This document shows, one piece after another, positions 21,701-28,900 of a DNA stretch of 63,289 bases. Origin of the DNA: a virus (taxonomy: Duplodnaviria; Caudoviricetes); the IMG/VR virus record IMGVR_UViG_3300025358_000006, positions 1 to 63,289 of that record; one strand, given 5' to 3'. The notes under the pieces were generated by a model. It made no database searches. It had not been told where the DNA came from and worked only from the letters and a program-made list of their open reading frames with translations. Within the stretch, counting starts at the first letter, position 1, and each line of letters begins with the position of its first letter. The position numbers and the translations under genes are program-made.

Positions 21701-24700
21701 CAACAGGTACAACAGTTGCCGACGTTGGATTCCAAAGCCTTACATTAAGCAAAGCCTTACAAACAGGCGGTGGCGATGCCAATAATCCAACATACTTCAC
21801 GATTTATGTATCTGGTAATGCTTACTATACAGTTTTAAGTTCTGTATTAGCTCCAGATCCACTAACTCCTGGCCAATCATTTATTAGTGCCGCAGTTAAC
21901 TCAACTGGAAACGATAATACTGCGCAAGAAGCACAGGCAATCACATTTATTTCTAATCTAGCAGATAGCGTTGTTGCAAACACATTGGCTACAGCTTTAC
22001 AAAACACAACTACACAAATTACTCAACTTTCGTTGACAGGTGGTGTGCAGGCTGTACCAACAATGAATGGGCTGTTTGATCAGATATCTTACATCATTAC
22101 TAATGGACTGAATTCTGCACCATCGAGTACTGTAACTTATGGCACTCCTGTGGCAGGTGCGGCTAGTGCGGCCTCATTATTATTACAAAATAAAGCGTTC
22201 TTCCAAGCAGAAACTCTTGCATACTTGAATAGTTTATATTTTGTTTATGATCACGCAACCTGCAGAAGAGATTTAGGTTATATATTAAATGGCTTTGCAT
22301 ATGATGTATTCTATCAAAGCAATTATCAATCACGCAAGTGTGGTAATGCTTATCAACGTGCGGCGAGTGCATACGTTTTACAAAACGAAATGACACAAAC
22401 TACTGATGCTATTTCACACATAGCGTCACTAGTAACTAACTTAGCCGGTATCAGCAACGTTGGTGAAGCTATTTCAAACGTGACACAAGGTGCTGTTAAC
22501 ATCAATAATATTATTGACAATGGTACAAGTTCACAGCCTGCTCTAGTACTTCCAGATTATCCTGGAATTGACCTAGGAGTCAGCAATGCTAAGACATTGA
22601 TCCTTGATAACATGAACTTTATCAAAGCAGAGACTATTGCTTGGATCAACGCCAACTACACAGTATTCACATACGATCAAGCTAAATGCACAAGAGATTT
22701 AGGTTATATCCTAGATGCACTATCAGCAGATATCTTAACAGGTTCTAACTATCGTGCAGTTAAAGCAGGTCAAGCATACTACAGAGGTAATGCAAATAAT
22801 GTTATTAACAATGAACTAACTGAGACAGTTGGGGCATTTAACTATATAAGCGGTCTAGTACAGGCATTACCAAACGTAGCCGCAAGCTCAACAGCTACTA
22901 CACAGGTAATTAATGATATTGTTACTATCAATAATATCGTTCAGAATGGGTTGAGCGTAAGCCCAACTGTAACTTATCCTTTACCAGCAGGCATCGACAG
23001 CGGATTTGCTAGTGCTAGCCAACTGATACAAAACAACTTAGGATTTATCCAATCAGAAGTTGAAGGATATGTATTCAATACATTTGGTGGATTCACATAC
23101 AATCAAGCCAAGTGCTATCGTGACACGGGATTAATTGTTGATGCAGTTGCACAAGACATTTTATTTGGTGGTACAAGCCAATCAACTTTTGCCGGTATCC
23201 AATATTGGAATCAAACTACAACAACTATCCCTGGTGAAGTTACAACAACCACAAATGCAATCAACTACGTTGCAGGACTAGCACAAAAAGTTTTACTGAA
23301 CGATACTACCGGCGTCCGCTATCAGTCGACAGTAACACAGGTTACAAATTTACCTGCGGCAACAAGTGCTGAACAAACTATAGTTTCTACAGATTTTTCT
23401 GTAATTACAAACATCATTACAAACGGCACAGCCGGTGTAACAGATATCATTGTACCTAATGGTGTAACATCAAGCAGTAATGCTAATGTACAACATGCTT
23501 ATGCTATATTAGAAGCCAATAAGGCCTACTTACAAGCAGAAGGTAAAGCATACGTTGATGCTACTAAGACATCAGGATTCACTTATGACGGTACTAAGTG
23601 TGTTCGCGATATTGGCTATATGGTTGATTCTGTTGCATTTGACTTATTGTACGGCGGAAACAGACAAGCAGTTCAAAGCGGAGTTTACTATTTTGGATAT
23701 TCAAACACTTCAAGTGCTATTCCAAACGAAAGCGTACAAGTAACTCAAGCCTACAACTATATTAGCTCAATATTGCCAAGCATTATTGAAGGCACAGCGG
23801 TAACAACATATCAAAGTACTGTTACACAAGTTACAAACTTGTCAGCGGGTACTGTTGCTAATGCCAATACAGCTACATCGTTGGTTGCTAATATTGTTAA
23901 TATTATCACTAATGGTCCAACTGTAGCCGCAAGTCCAACAAGTATCGGTCTAACACAAGGCGATGCCAACGCACAAAATACTGCGAAGATGTTGGAAGCT
24001 AACAGAACATTTATTCAAGCACAGACTATTGCTTATATCAATCAGTTGTATCCAAGTGGATTCACTTATGATAGATCAAAATGCAAACGCGATGTTGGAT
24101 TCTTAACACAAGCATTGATCTACGACTTGACGTATGGTGGTAACTCAATGAGCGTTGATGCCGCACTTCAATATTTTAATAGTGCAAACAACAACGTCAG
24201 TGTAATTCCAAATGAAACACCGCAGACTGTTTCAGCTATTAACTATATCAATACACTTGCACAGAAAGTTATTAGAAATACTGCACCTACAACAGTTTAT
24301 ACAACTGCTACACAGTATATCAATAACACATTGACATTAGGTGCCAATGCGGCAAATACGATTGCAACATTAGTAACTGATATGAGTAACATTGTTCAAA
24401 ACGGTCCAGGTGCGGCACCGTTGATCAGCGATATCAATATACCTGTGCCGGGTTATGCTAATCTAGCTAGCACAACTATCGAAGCAGACAAGTACACATT
24501 AGCTAGCGAAACTATTACTTGGATCAATCAAACTTATACTCAGTTTACTTACAATCAAGATACATGTAAGAGAGATATACAGTTTATTGTTGAAGGTATA
24601 CTATATGATTTGATGTATGGTGGAAACTGGCAATCTGTTGATGCAGGTTTGCAATACTGGAAGGCAAATACTGTTGGCGAAACAAGTTTAATACCAAATG

Positions 24701-25530
24701 AAATACCTGAAACAGCAGGAGCAGTTAACTTTATTGGCCAGTTGTTTAGTTATATTGTAACTAACACTCAGCCAGCAAGTTATTATCAAAATACTGTAGC
24801 TCAGTACATTAATCCTAGCTTATTAGGCGGATCTGATGCAGTACCGACACTAACTCTATTGACTAACATTGTTTCTAATATTATAAGTAACGGAATTAAT
24901 TCGGCTCCGGCGATTGTTTATCCAACTGCTCCGGCACATGATAATGCAGTATCTGGTGTACAAACAATTATTTCTAGCAATTCTAGCACAATGATTACAA
25001 ATACTCTTGCATACATTGATGCAAAATACAATGGTTTTGAATATAATCAGGCTATTTGTAAGAGAGATGTAGGATTGATCATAGATGCTATAGCAACAGA
25101 CTTAGCCAACGGCGGTAACTATCAATCTGTTTTAGCAGGACAAAGTTATTTTGCAAGAGCAGGAACACACCATTTAGTAACACTAGAAGACAACGTTGCA
25201 GATGCTACACTATTCCCAGATAAGAATAGAATTAACTTCTACAGACGCTCATACATGTCTGCTTCTGGTTACTTGTTTGAGTATGTAGGTGCTGGTTCTA
25301 ACTACGGTGCCCTACCTTATGTAGGTTACGCAGATCCGATACAAGCACATGAAACTATACAGTTAAATAATGGTAAGGTGTTCTTTACATCAACTGACCA
25401 AAACGGTGACTTCCGTATTGGTCCGGGATTGGTAATTAGTCAGGCGACTGGTGTGTTATCAGGAAGAACATTTACAAAATCACTATTTGCTAACCTAACA
25501 CCGTTCGTGTTGGCAATTGAAGGACTATAA
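12760..25530 (+). CDS. Giant (4256 aa) virion fibre/appendage protein: split pectin-lyase-like beta-helix carrying 21 phycobiliprotein-like CxRD repeats
   Basis: ATG 12760 follows AAGGAG (ORF track uses an upstream GTG). N-terminal MAVGRITGPLL...LYLDV..NKVGINT; LYV...GDD.NDG beta-helix start; 21 counted C-x-R-D repeats; C-terminal STDQNGDFRIG. Confidence 0.8.
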   Translation: MAVGRITGPLLASNLLRDGIDIQVQNGLLYLDVTNNKVGINTQTPAYDLDVNATIHSIKLVVDTTSTLGLLTVSKSGVGASASATISTVSGPLNITPAANQTVFVGTNTTIGGNLHAQGNITADGNIILGSNQLVDTLALGAEIISSIIPKTTNTYNIGSTTSNWANGYFNGLEVGGLNISGTTIAAAQAGVGINIGATPAQDINVTPITNPLVNINGPIRVWGDHPLGTAPVVSNVLYVTMDGDDTNDGRAMDPSRACRTISGATKSPFYQSGTSIKVSPGRYLENNPIELKPYTSVIGSDLRTTDVEPINKTRDLFHVQSGCYVAQMRLLNGRSGLIPGGYGVTPYGYKVGNNRGAYATAFPTNGTIDLYHSPYIQNVSNQSGPWLYDGTMFIPNQTVQIPEAVGTASYAANTNTITVTLSTGSLYVGQAVNSGPQDEGYFAARSLLLANEAFIQEQVVAWTNQEYGGPFQYNSAKCTRDTGLIIDGLALDVLYQGNSQSVFSGLQYWNQSGYVGSVGGEVTTTTAAINWIASLTSAIILGQSVPFTYQNTITQTVVTSVGNSADVTAVQNDFKVITNILTTGTTAVTDKIIPNGAVTTATHTLNAYAALQANRSFLQAEAIAWVEANKTIGFTYNQAKCYRDTGLIVDAIVQDMLFGGTSQSTFAGIQYYNQTSSVIPGEQTTTTAAISYISQLAQRIVVNDLTGTRYQSTVTQTTSPTPGTSAEASTVGTDFSLIVQIINSGTAGVTDLIVPNGIVASSNANIQHAYALLQANKNYMEAEATAFVNSTYPSFSYSGTKCARDIGYMVDSVAFDLLYGGNRQAIQSGVYYYGYSGTSSAIPGEQAQTLNAYNFINNLITDIVTATPIATPYQYTATQVTSLPAGTTSEVTSLQNNLSVITSIITGGPSSASAPTSIPQTISANSNVLHAAAIVEANRTFIQAEVIAYTNSQYAIYDQAKCARDTGLIVDALAFDLLYPTKGNSQSTFAGLQYWNQGTYIKPIGSEIITATNAILFASKLAQQIVVGSTAGPRYQSTLTQITNLTPATSNEVALVAADFNTVIGILNNGTAGVTENIVPNTTASSTASIVAAYNLLNANRQYIQAETVAYVDSIRGTFPYNHSKCERDTRLVVDALVQDLIFQGSSQTVFSGLQYWNQTTTAIPGEVTTTTNAINYVSSLAQKVIANNQTGIRYQSTVTQNVSFTPGTSAEQALIGTDFSVITDLITNGTAGVSDMIVPNGITPSSNNNVTNAYNILQANRAYLIAEGVAYVESTKTSGFTYDGTKCQRDIGYMVDSVSFDLLYGGNRQAIQSGVYYFGYSTTSSAIPGEITETVAGYAHIGGIISSIIQGFAIGSSYQTWVSQTTSGLGGTTSEVNYVQTLISTLENIIQNGPSQAPAESPISLTRSNNPNVLNAATLLHNNREFITQEVVAYIDATYNTNTFTYNEYKCKRDTGLIVDALLQDLYFGGTSQSTFAGIQYWNQTTTTIPGEVSTTTSAIAYVSSLAQRIVMNDTTGLRYSTSTQVTNLSAPGTAAEATVVANEFATIVNIITTGTTGITDKIIPNGITPSTKANVLNAYTLLEANKSYLQAEAVAYITATAPSFVYDKSKCARDVAYMVDSVAFDLKWGGNRQAIQSGTYYFGYSLTSSAIPNESTEVLDAYTYLSSLVGSIVTATPVVPYQTAISQVSNLPVATNTEVTALQNNVSYIKNIIANGPNVASAPTSIPLAPSASSSVYNAVQLLEANRAFIQAELTAYINNKYNVFTYNEDKCFRDTGYIVDSIAFDLLHGGNRQATQAGVYYYGFSNTQSAIPGEQANTVAAYDRIKSIIGPIILGQPITKSAGNPSSQVTGLPIATQLQVTSLQSLVDDITNIIDIGPSAAASAIPISLTASSDVNAQKAFNYLMANRSFIVNEVIAYVNAQYGTAFEYDAVKCKRDIGYMIDCVSFDLLRGGNRQAIQAGTLYFGYNSNSTTLINELKQTVMAYEYMATLVNAVVQNQALSNFYQSDIPQTLIENAPSTSAIAAELVSDISLMTRIISNGPSEAPALIPISLTESADANRANAYALLEANRSFIVAEIIAFVNTLPNFVYDQAKCYRDVGIIVENLAFDISFGGNQKAVESGLGYYKGVTSVIQGETTQTIGAINYINTLANYIINNQVAPNVIGSTATQSQVINTALVGGGIASTALANGVSIITDIIQNGPSAAPDSYIGAAIDPAYMSAEILLQLNRSFIQEEVVSYVNAQFLTFPYDSKKCSRDTGLIVDAVAFDMLYPSNPYSQSTFAAIQYWSQNGYTGAIESELSTTTNAISYLSGLASRIILNDTTGARYQNNITQTTIPGAPATQNEVVALGAEFSIITEIINNYTVTGLPITDGIVPNGNATTSITINNAYALLQANRQYLQAETVAWVEANKTAGFNYDRATCFRDAGYMIDSVSFDLLHGGNRQAVQSGVYYYSYTSGSTQISGQTTQTVAAFNHIATVAEALIRGQVVTPTTGNLALPVTGLPTASAAEVTQIQNIFSNITNLIQNGPSVLGTKQPIGLTPSQNINVQHAYNILEANRAFLQAEMVAWVDYTYNSNGFNYNQALCYRDTGFIVDAISQDILLGGNHKSIEAAVTYWVGSVSAIPGEITQTMAAYNYLAQIASNVVSNSTFTQISYATQIVNPFYANGNEAIPRIESLVAMMNNIIENGPSAAPEGYDGSGLFPVRFDPIIDNVNIAPQIASLSTNTDGSYTVGLTQNTVGAGTNYTMYFGQTSVYPVQTKDVPENWAQRAIDPFGSMGGSLVDGAVISRRSPIQSFVYDAYTQINQGGVGIKITNNGYAQLVSVFTIFCGTSVVTDNGGICSITNSNANFGDYCLVSKGYGYLDFFGEVYNPPKLPYYPNGVYPSSQVVEVYCPDPNNRPHIGQIMEVVAPEGYTNNQGLPGFLSANPNTSTITTGTVTINGIDNSGIVIGQNVYIIDQYGNYTDINGTYYCATGTTVADVGFQSLTLSKALQTGGGDANNPTYFTIYVSGNAYYTVLSSVLAPDPLTPGQSFISAAVNSTGNDNTAQEAQAITFISNLADSVVANTLATALQNTTTQITQLSLTGGVQAVPTMNGLFDQISYIITNGLNSAPSSTVTYGTPVAGAASAASLLLQNKAFFQAETLAYLNSLYFVYDHATCRRDLGYILNGFAYDVFYQSNYQSRKCGNAYQRAASAYVLQNEMTQTTDAISHIASLVTNLAGISNVGEAISNVTQGAVNINNIIDNGTSSQPALVLPDYPGIDLGVSNAKTLILDNMNFIKAETIAWINANYTVFTYDQAKCTRDLGYILDALSADILTGSNYRAVKAGQAYYRGNANNVINNELTETVGAFNYISGLVQALPNVAASSTATTQVINDIVTINNIVQNGLSVSPTVTYPLPAGIDSGFASASQLIQNNLGFIQSEVEGYVFNTFGGFTYNQAKCYRDTGLIVDAVAQDILFGGTSQSTFAGIQYWNQTTTTIPGEVTTTTNAINYVAGLAQKVLLNDTTGVRYQSTVTQVTNLPAATSAEQTIVSTDFSVITNIITNGTAGVTDIIVPNGVTSSSNANVQHAYAILEANKAYLQAEGKAYVDATKTSGFTYDGTKCVRDIGYMVDSVAFDLLYGGNRQAVQSGVYYFGYSNTSSAIPNESVQVTQAYNYISSILPSIIEGTAVTTYQSTVTQVTNLSAGTVANANTATSLVANIVNIITNGPTVAASPTSIGLTQGDANAQNTAKMLEANRTFIQAQTIAYINQLYPSGFTYDRSKCKRDVGFLTQALIYDLTYGGNSMSVDAALQYFNSANNNVSVIPNETPQTVSAINYINTLAQKVIRNTAPTTVYTTATQYINNTLTLGANAANTIATLVTDMSNIVQNGPGAAPLISDINIPVPGYANLASTTIEADKYTLASETITWINQTYTQFTYNQDTCKRDIQFIVEGILYDLMYGGNWQSVDAGLQYWKANTVGETSLIPNEIPETAGAVNFIGQLFSYIVTNTQPASYYQNTVAQYINPSLLGGSDAVPTLTLLTNIVSNIISNGINSAPAIVYPTAPAHDNAVSGVQTIISSNSSTMITNTLAYIDAKYNGFEYNQAICKRDVGLIIDAIATDLANGGNYQSVLAGQSYFARAGTHHLVTLEDNVADATLFPDKNRINFYRRSYMSASGYLFEYVGAGSNYGALPYVGYADPIQAHETIQLNNGKVFFTSTDQNGDFRIGPGLVISQATGVLSGRTFTKSLFANLTPFVLAIEGL
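14080..20870 (+). repeat. Repeat block 1: 14 tandem ~160-165-aa helical units
   Basis: CxRD codons near 14194, 14683, 15166, 15646, 16138, 16624, 17116, 17599, 18082, 18571, 19057, 19537, 20044, 20536 (spacing ~480-510 nt). Confidence 0.9.
22150..25150 (+). repeat. Repeat block 2: 7 further units
   Basis: CxRD codons near 22261, 22687, 23113, 23599, 24082, 24565, 25057. Confidence 0.9.
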
Positions 25531-25542
25531 GGATAAAATAAC

Positions 25543-25950
25543 ATGGCATTAATTCCATTAAACACGTTTAAAACTAAGACAACAGTTTTAACAACAGCAA
25601 CTAACGCAAGAGTCTACACAGCTCCTGTGGGAACTACGGCCATTATTTTGATGGCAAACATAGCAAACATTGACAGCTATACAACTGCCACAGTGGCGCA
25701 GGGTGTACATGCTGTAACCTTTGCACACTATAGAAATTTACCAATTTTAGCAGATGCACAGGGCAATGGGGGACAAGGTGGTAACATAACCACAGAGTTA
25801 GTTAGTCAATTCCAAATTCCACCAAACGATTCTGCAAACATGATACCGGGTAAGATGATTATCGAACAGCTTGATAGCGTGATTGCGTATGCAGATCAAG
25901 CAGGAGTATGTAAGTTAGTTCTAAGTGTATTAGAAACAGCTAACCAATAA
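25543..25950 (+). CDS. Small beta-sandwich virion adaptor-like protein
   Basis: VYTAPVGTTAIILMANIAN...IPPND...GKMIIEQLD; paralogue of 11489-11848; AAGGA RBS. Confidence 0.6.
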   Translation: MALIPLNTFKTKTTVLTTATNARVYTAPVGTTAIILMANIANIDSYTTATVAQGVHAVTFAHYRNLPILADAQGNGGQGGNITTELVSQFQIPPNDSANMIPGKMIIEQLDSVIAYADQAGVCKLVLSVLETANQ

Positions 25951-25965
25951 TTTTAGGAATTAGAA

Positions 25966-28900
25966 ATGCCAACACTACTAGGCGGAACAACAAGAGCTAC
26001 ACCTAGCGGAAGTTTAAGTCCGCTACGATATCAATTCATCACGCTGAGCCAAGCACAGGCCGCGCTTGGTGCCACACCTAGTCAAACCACAGGTTATACA
26101 TTAGTTGTTGGCGCAAACGGTGTTGCAACATTTACAAACAGTTTAGGTAATATTGGATTTACATCTGGTACTATTACAAGTCAAACAACAGATGGTAATC
26201 TAGTATTAAATCCAAGCGGTACAGGTACCATTACACTTAACGGTCCTGTTAATATTCCTCAAGGTATTATTGGTAACGGTTTCAAGAAAGAAGCGATTGC
26301 GGCAACTACATGTTCTATTGTAATTAACACAAGCACCAGTACAGTTGTATATGACGGTGTTTCAATCACATACTTAGATAGAATTGTTGTTAGAGCACAA
26401 GATAATCCAGCAGAGAACGGCATTTATGTTGTTCAAACAGCTACCTTAATTCCAGCATCAACTGCTAGTTCGGCTGTTACATTAATTCGTTCTTCAGATG
26501 CAAATACTACAGTACAGTTATCACATGCGGCTATTCCTGTTATTAGAGGAACCACATACGGCCGTACATTATTCTTTACAACATTTAGATCAACAGACAC
26601 AGTAGGTGTTGATCCAATATACTGGCGTGAAATCATCGACGATGTTTCTACACAAACAGTATACAATAAAGACATTGAAAATTCAAGCATTGGTATAACT
26701 CAACCCGGACCTGCTCAGTTTACAACATTAACTGCGACAAACTTTAACGTAAATTCCTTTACTGTAACAGGATCTTTATCAGTCCTGGGCGCAGTTACTA
26801 TGGACCCTGTTAATGCCAATGTAAATATTTCGCCAACCGGTACAGGTACAGTTGTTATCAGCGCGGGTAATGCAGGTACAATGGATAACATAGTCATTGG
26901 CAGTAATACTCCCCGTCCAGCAACATTTACAACTTTACAAGTAACAACACAAGAATACATAACATCATCTATAGATTCAACATCAACTACAACAGGTGCT
27001 TTAGTTGTAACAGGCGGCGTTGGTATTGGAAAAAATCTAACAGTTGGTGGAAATTTATCGTTAAGCGGTGCAGGCGGACAAGCCACAGGTAATATTGCGG
27101 CTGGTAACATTAGTGCTACAAACTTAACTGTATCTGGCCAATCGATATTTACGAGCTCGACAAACTCAACAAGCACAACAAGCGGTTCTTTAATAATTGC
27201 TGGTGGTGTTGGTATTGCTCAAGATTTAGTATTAGGCGGACAACTGATATTCAGCGGTCAAGGTAATGCTCTAGTTGTTCAATCATTAAAAGTTACAACA
27301 TCAACAAACTCAACAAGCACAACAACCGGCGGTGTTATAGTAACCGGCGGTGTTGGTATTGGGCAAGATGTATGGATTGGTGGTCAACTACACTTTACAG
27401 GTAATGGCGGTGATTTAAGTTTATCAACTCTTACTGTAAACTCTACAACAAATTCTACATCAACAACTACTGGTGCGATTACAGTTAAAGGCGGAGTGGG
27501 CGTTGGTGGCAATTTAGTAGTTGGCGGACAGTTAATATTCCAAGGTACAGGTAGTAATTTGTCTGTACAAACTTTACAAGTAACATCTTCTACAAACTCA
27601 ACTAGTTCAACTACAGGTGCAATTACTGTCGTAGGTGGCGTAGGAATACAAAAAGATGTGTTCATTGGTGGCAATTTAAATCTTGGTGGATCACTACAAT
27701 TTGGAACATCATTTACAGCGACATTTGTTAGCTTACATGTAACAAGTACAGCAAGCGACACAAGCAATTTTTACAACAATGCTGTTTATATCGAGGGTGG
27801 CTTATCAACTAAGAAAGATTTAAGTGTTTACGGTAACACAGTTATCAGCGGCAATCTAACAGTATTAGGTACACAAACAACTGTTGATTCACAGAACACA
27901 TACGTTATTGATCCAGTTATTGATGTTGGTACAGGAATTAATAACACTCCTCTAACAACTAATGATGGTTTAGATCGTGGTCTACTATTACACTACAATA
28001 CCGGTGCTAGTTCTGCAACAGATAATCATGCGTTCCTAGGTCGTGATGCAAGCACAGGATACTTAACCTATAAAACAAATATCTACCCAGGTGGATATGA
28101 AAACTTTGCGCCTAGTTTTGCAAGCACAGGTAGCTTTGGAACAGCACAATTTGGTGGCCTACATTTACTAGGTGGCATTGGTGCTATTTCAACCAACACC
28201 GGTGATTTGCAAGTATTGGGTGGCATTGGTGTAGCAGGAAATTCATACCTATCAGGAAGAATTACATTATCTAACACCGGTGCAAATTCAACAGTAACAT
28301 TAAATCACGCATTGATGGTAACAGCAGGCGGTATCGGAGTAGCAGGCGACTCTTACTTTGGTGGAATCGTTGGATTTGGAAATGCAACTGCAAGTAGCGA
28401 TCCGACTACAGGTGCAGTCAAAATCACAGGCGGATTAGGTGTAGTGGGTAATTCAAGCCTAGGCGGTCCTGTACACATTTACGCAAGCACAAGTGCTACA
28501 TCGACAGGCACAGGTGCATTGATTGTCGGCGGTGGCGGCGGATTTAACGGCGATTTATATTGCCACAAATTATTCACCGACGCCGGACAGACACAATTAA
28601 CAAACTTTAACGGCGGAACAATCAGTGATCCGTTAATTATTGCAAACAGCACAACAGCTACCAGCACAGCATCTGGTGCATTAGTAGTCTATGGTGGTGT
28701 TGCTATTGGACAGAATTTAATCGTCGGTGGACAGTTATCTGCACAAGTATTGTATTCAAACGGTGCGCAAGTATTAACTACAGCAACTCCGACTGGTTTT
28801 GACGGTGGTGTTATTCATTATCCATTAGTTATTGGTGATCCAAACAACTTATTAAACACTACAGCATTAACATTAAATTCTACCGTTGAATCATACAATA

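Noticed and set aside
14080-25150. Repeat array as a diversity-generating retroelement (TR/VR pair)
   Set aside because: No reverse transcriptase in the window; differences between copies are not adenine-specific and all copies are in-frame protein repeats.
12760-25530. Calling the phage a cyanophage, or the gene a true cpc/apc gene
   Set aside because: No photosynthesis AMGs, bilin enzymes or lyases in the window; similarity is limited to motif and unit length within a structural protein, so host and chromophore remain unproven.
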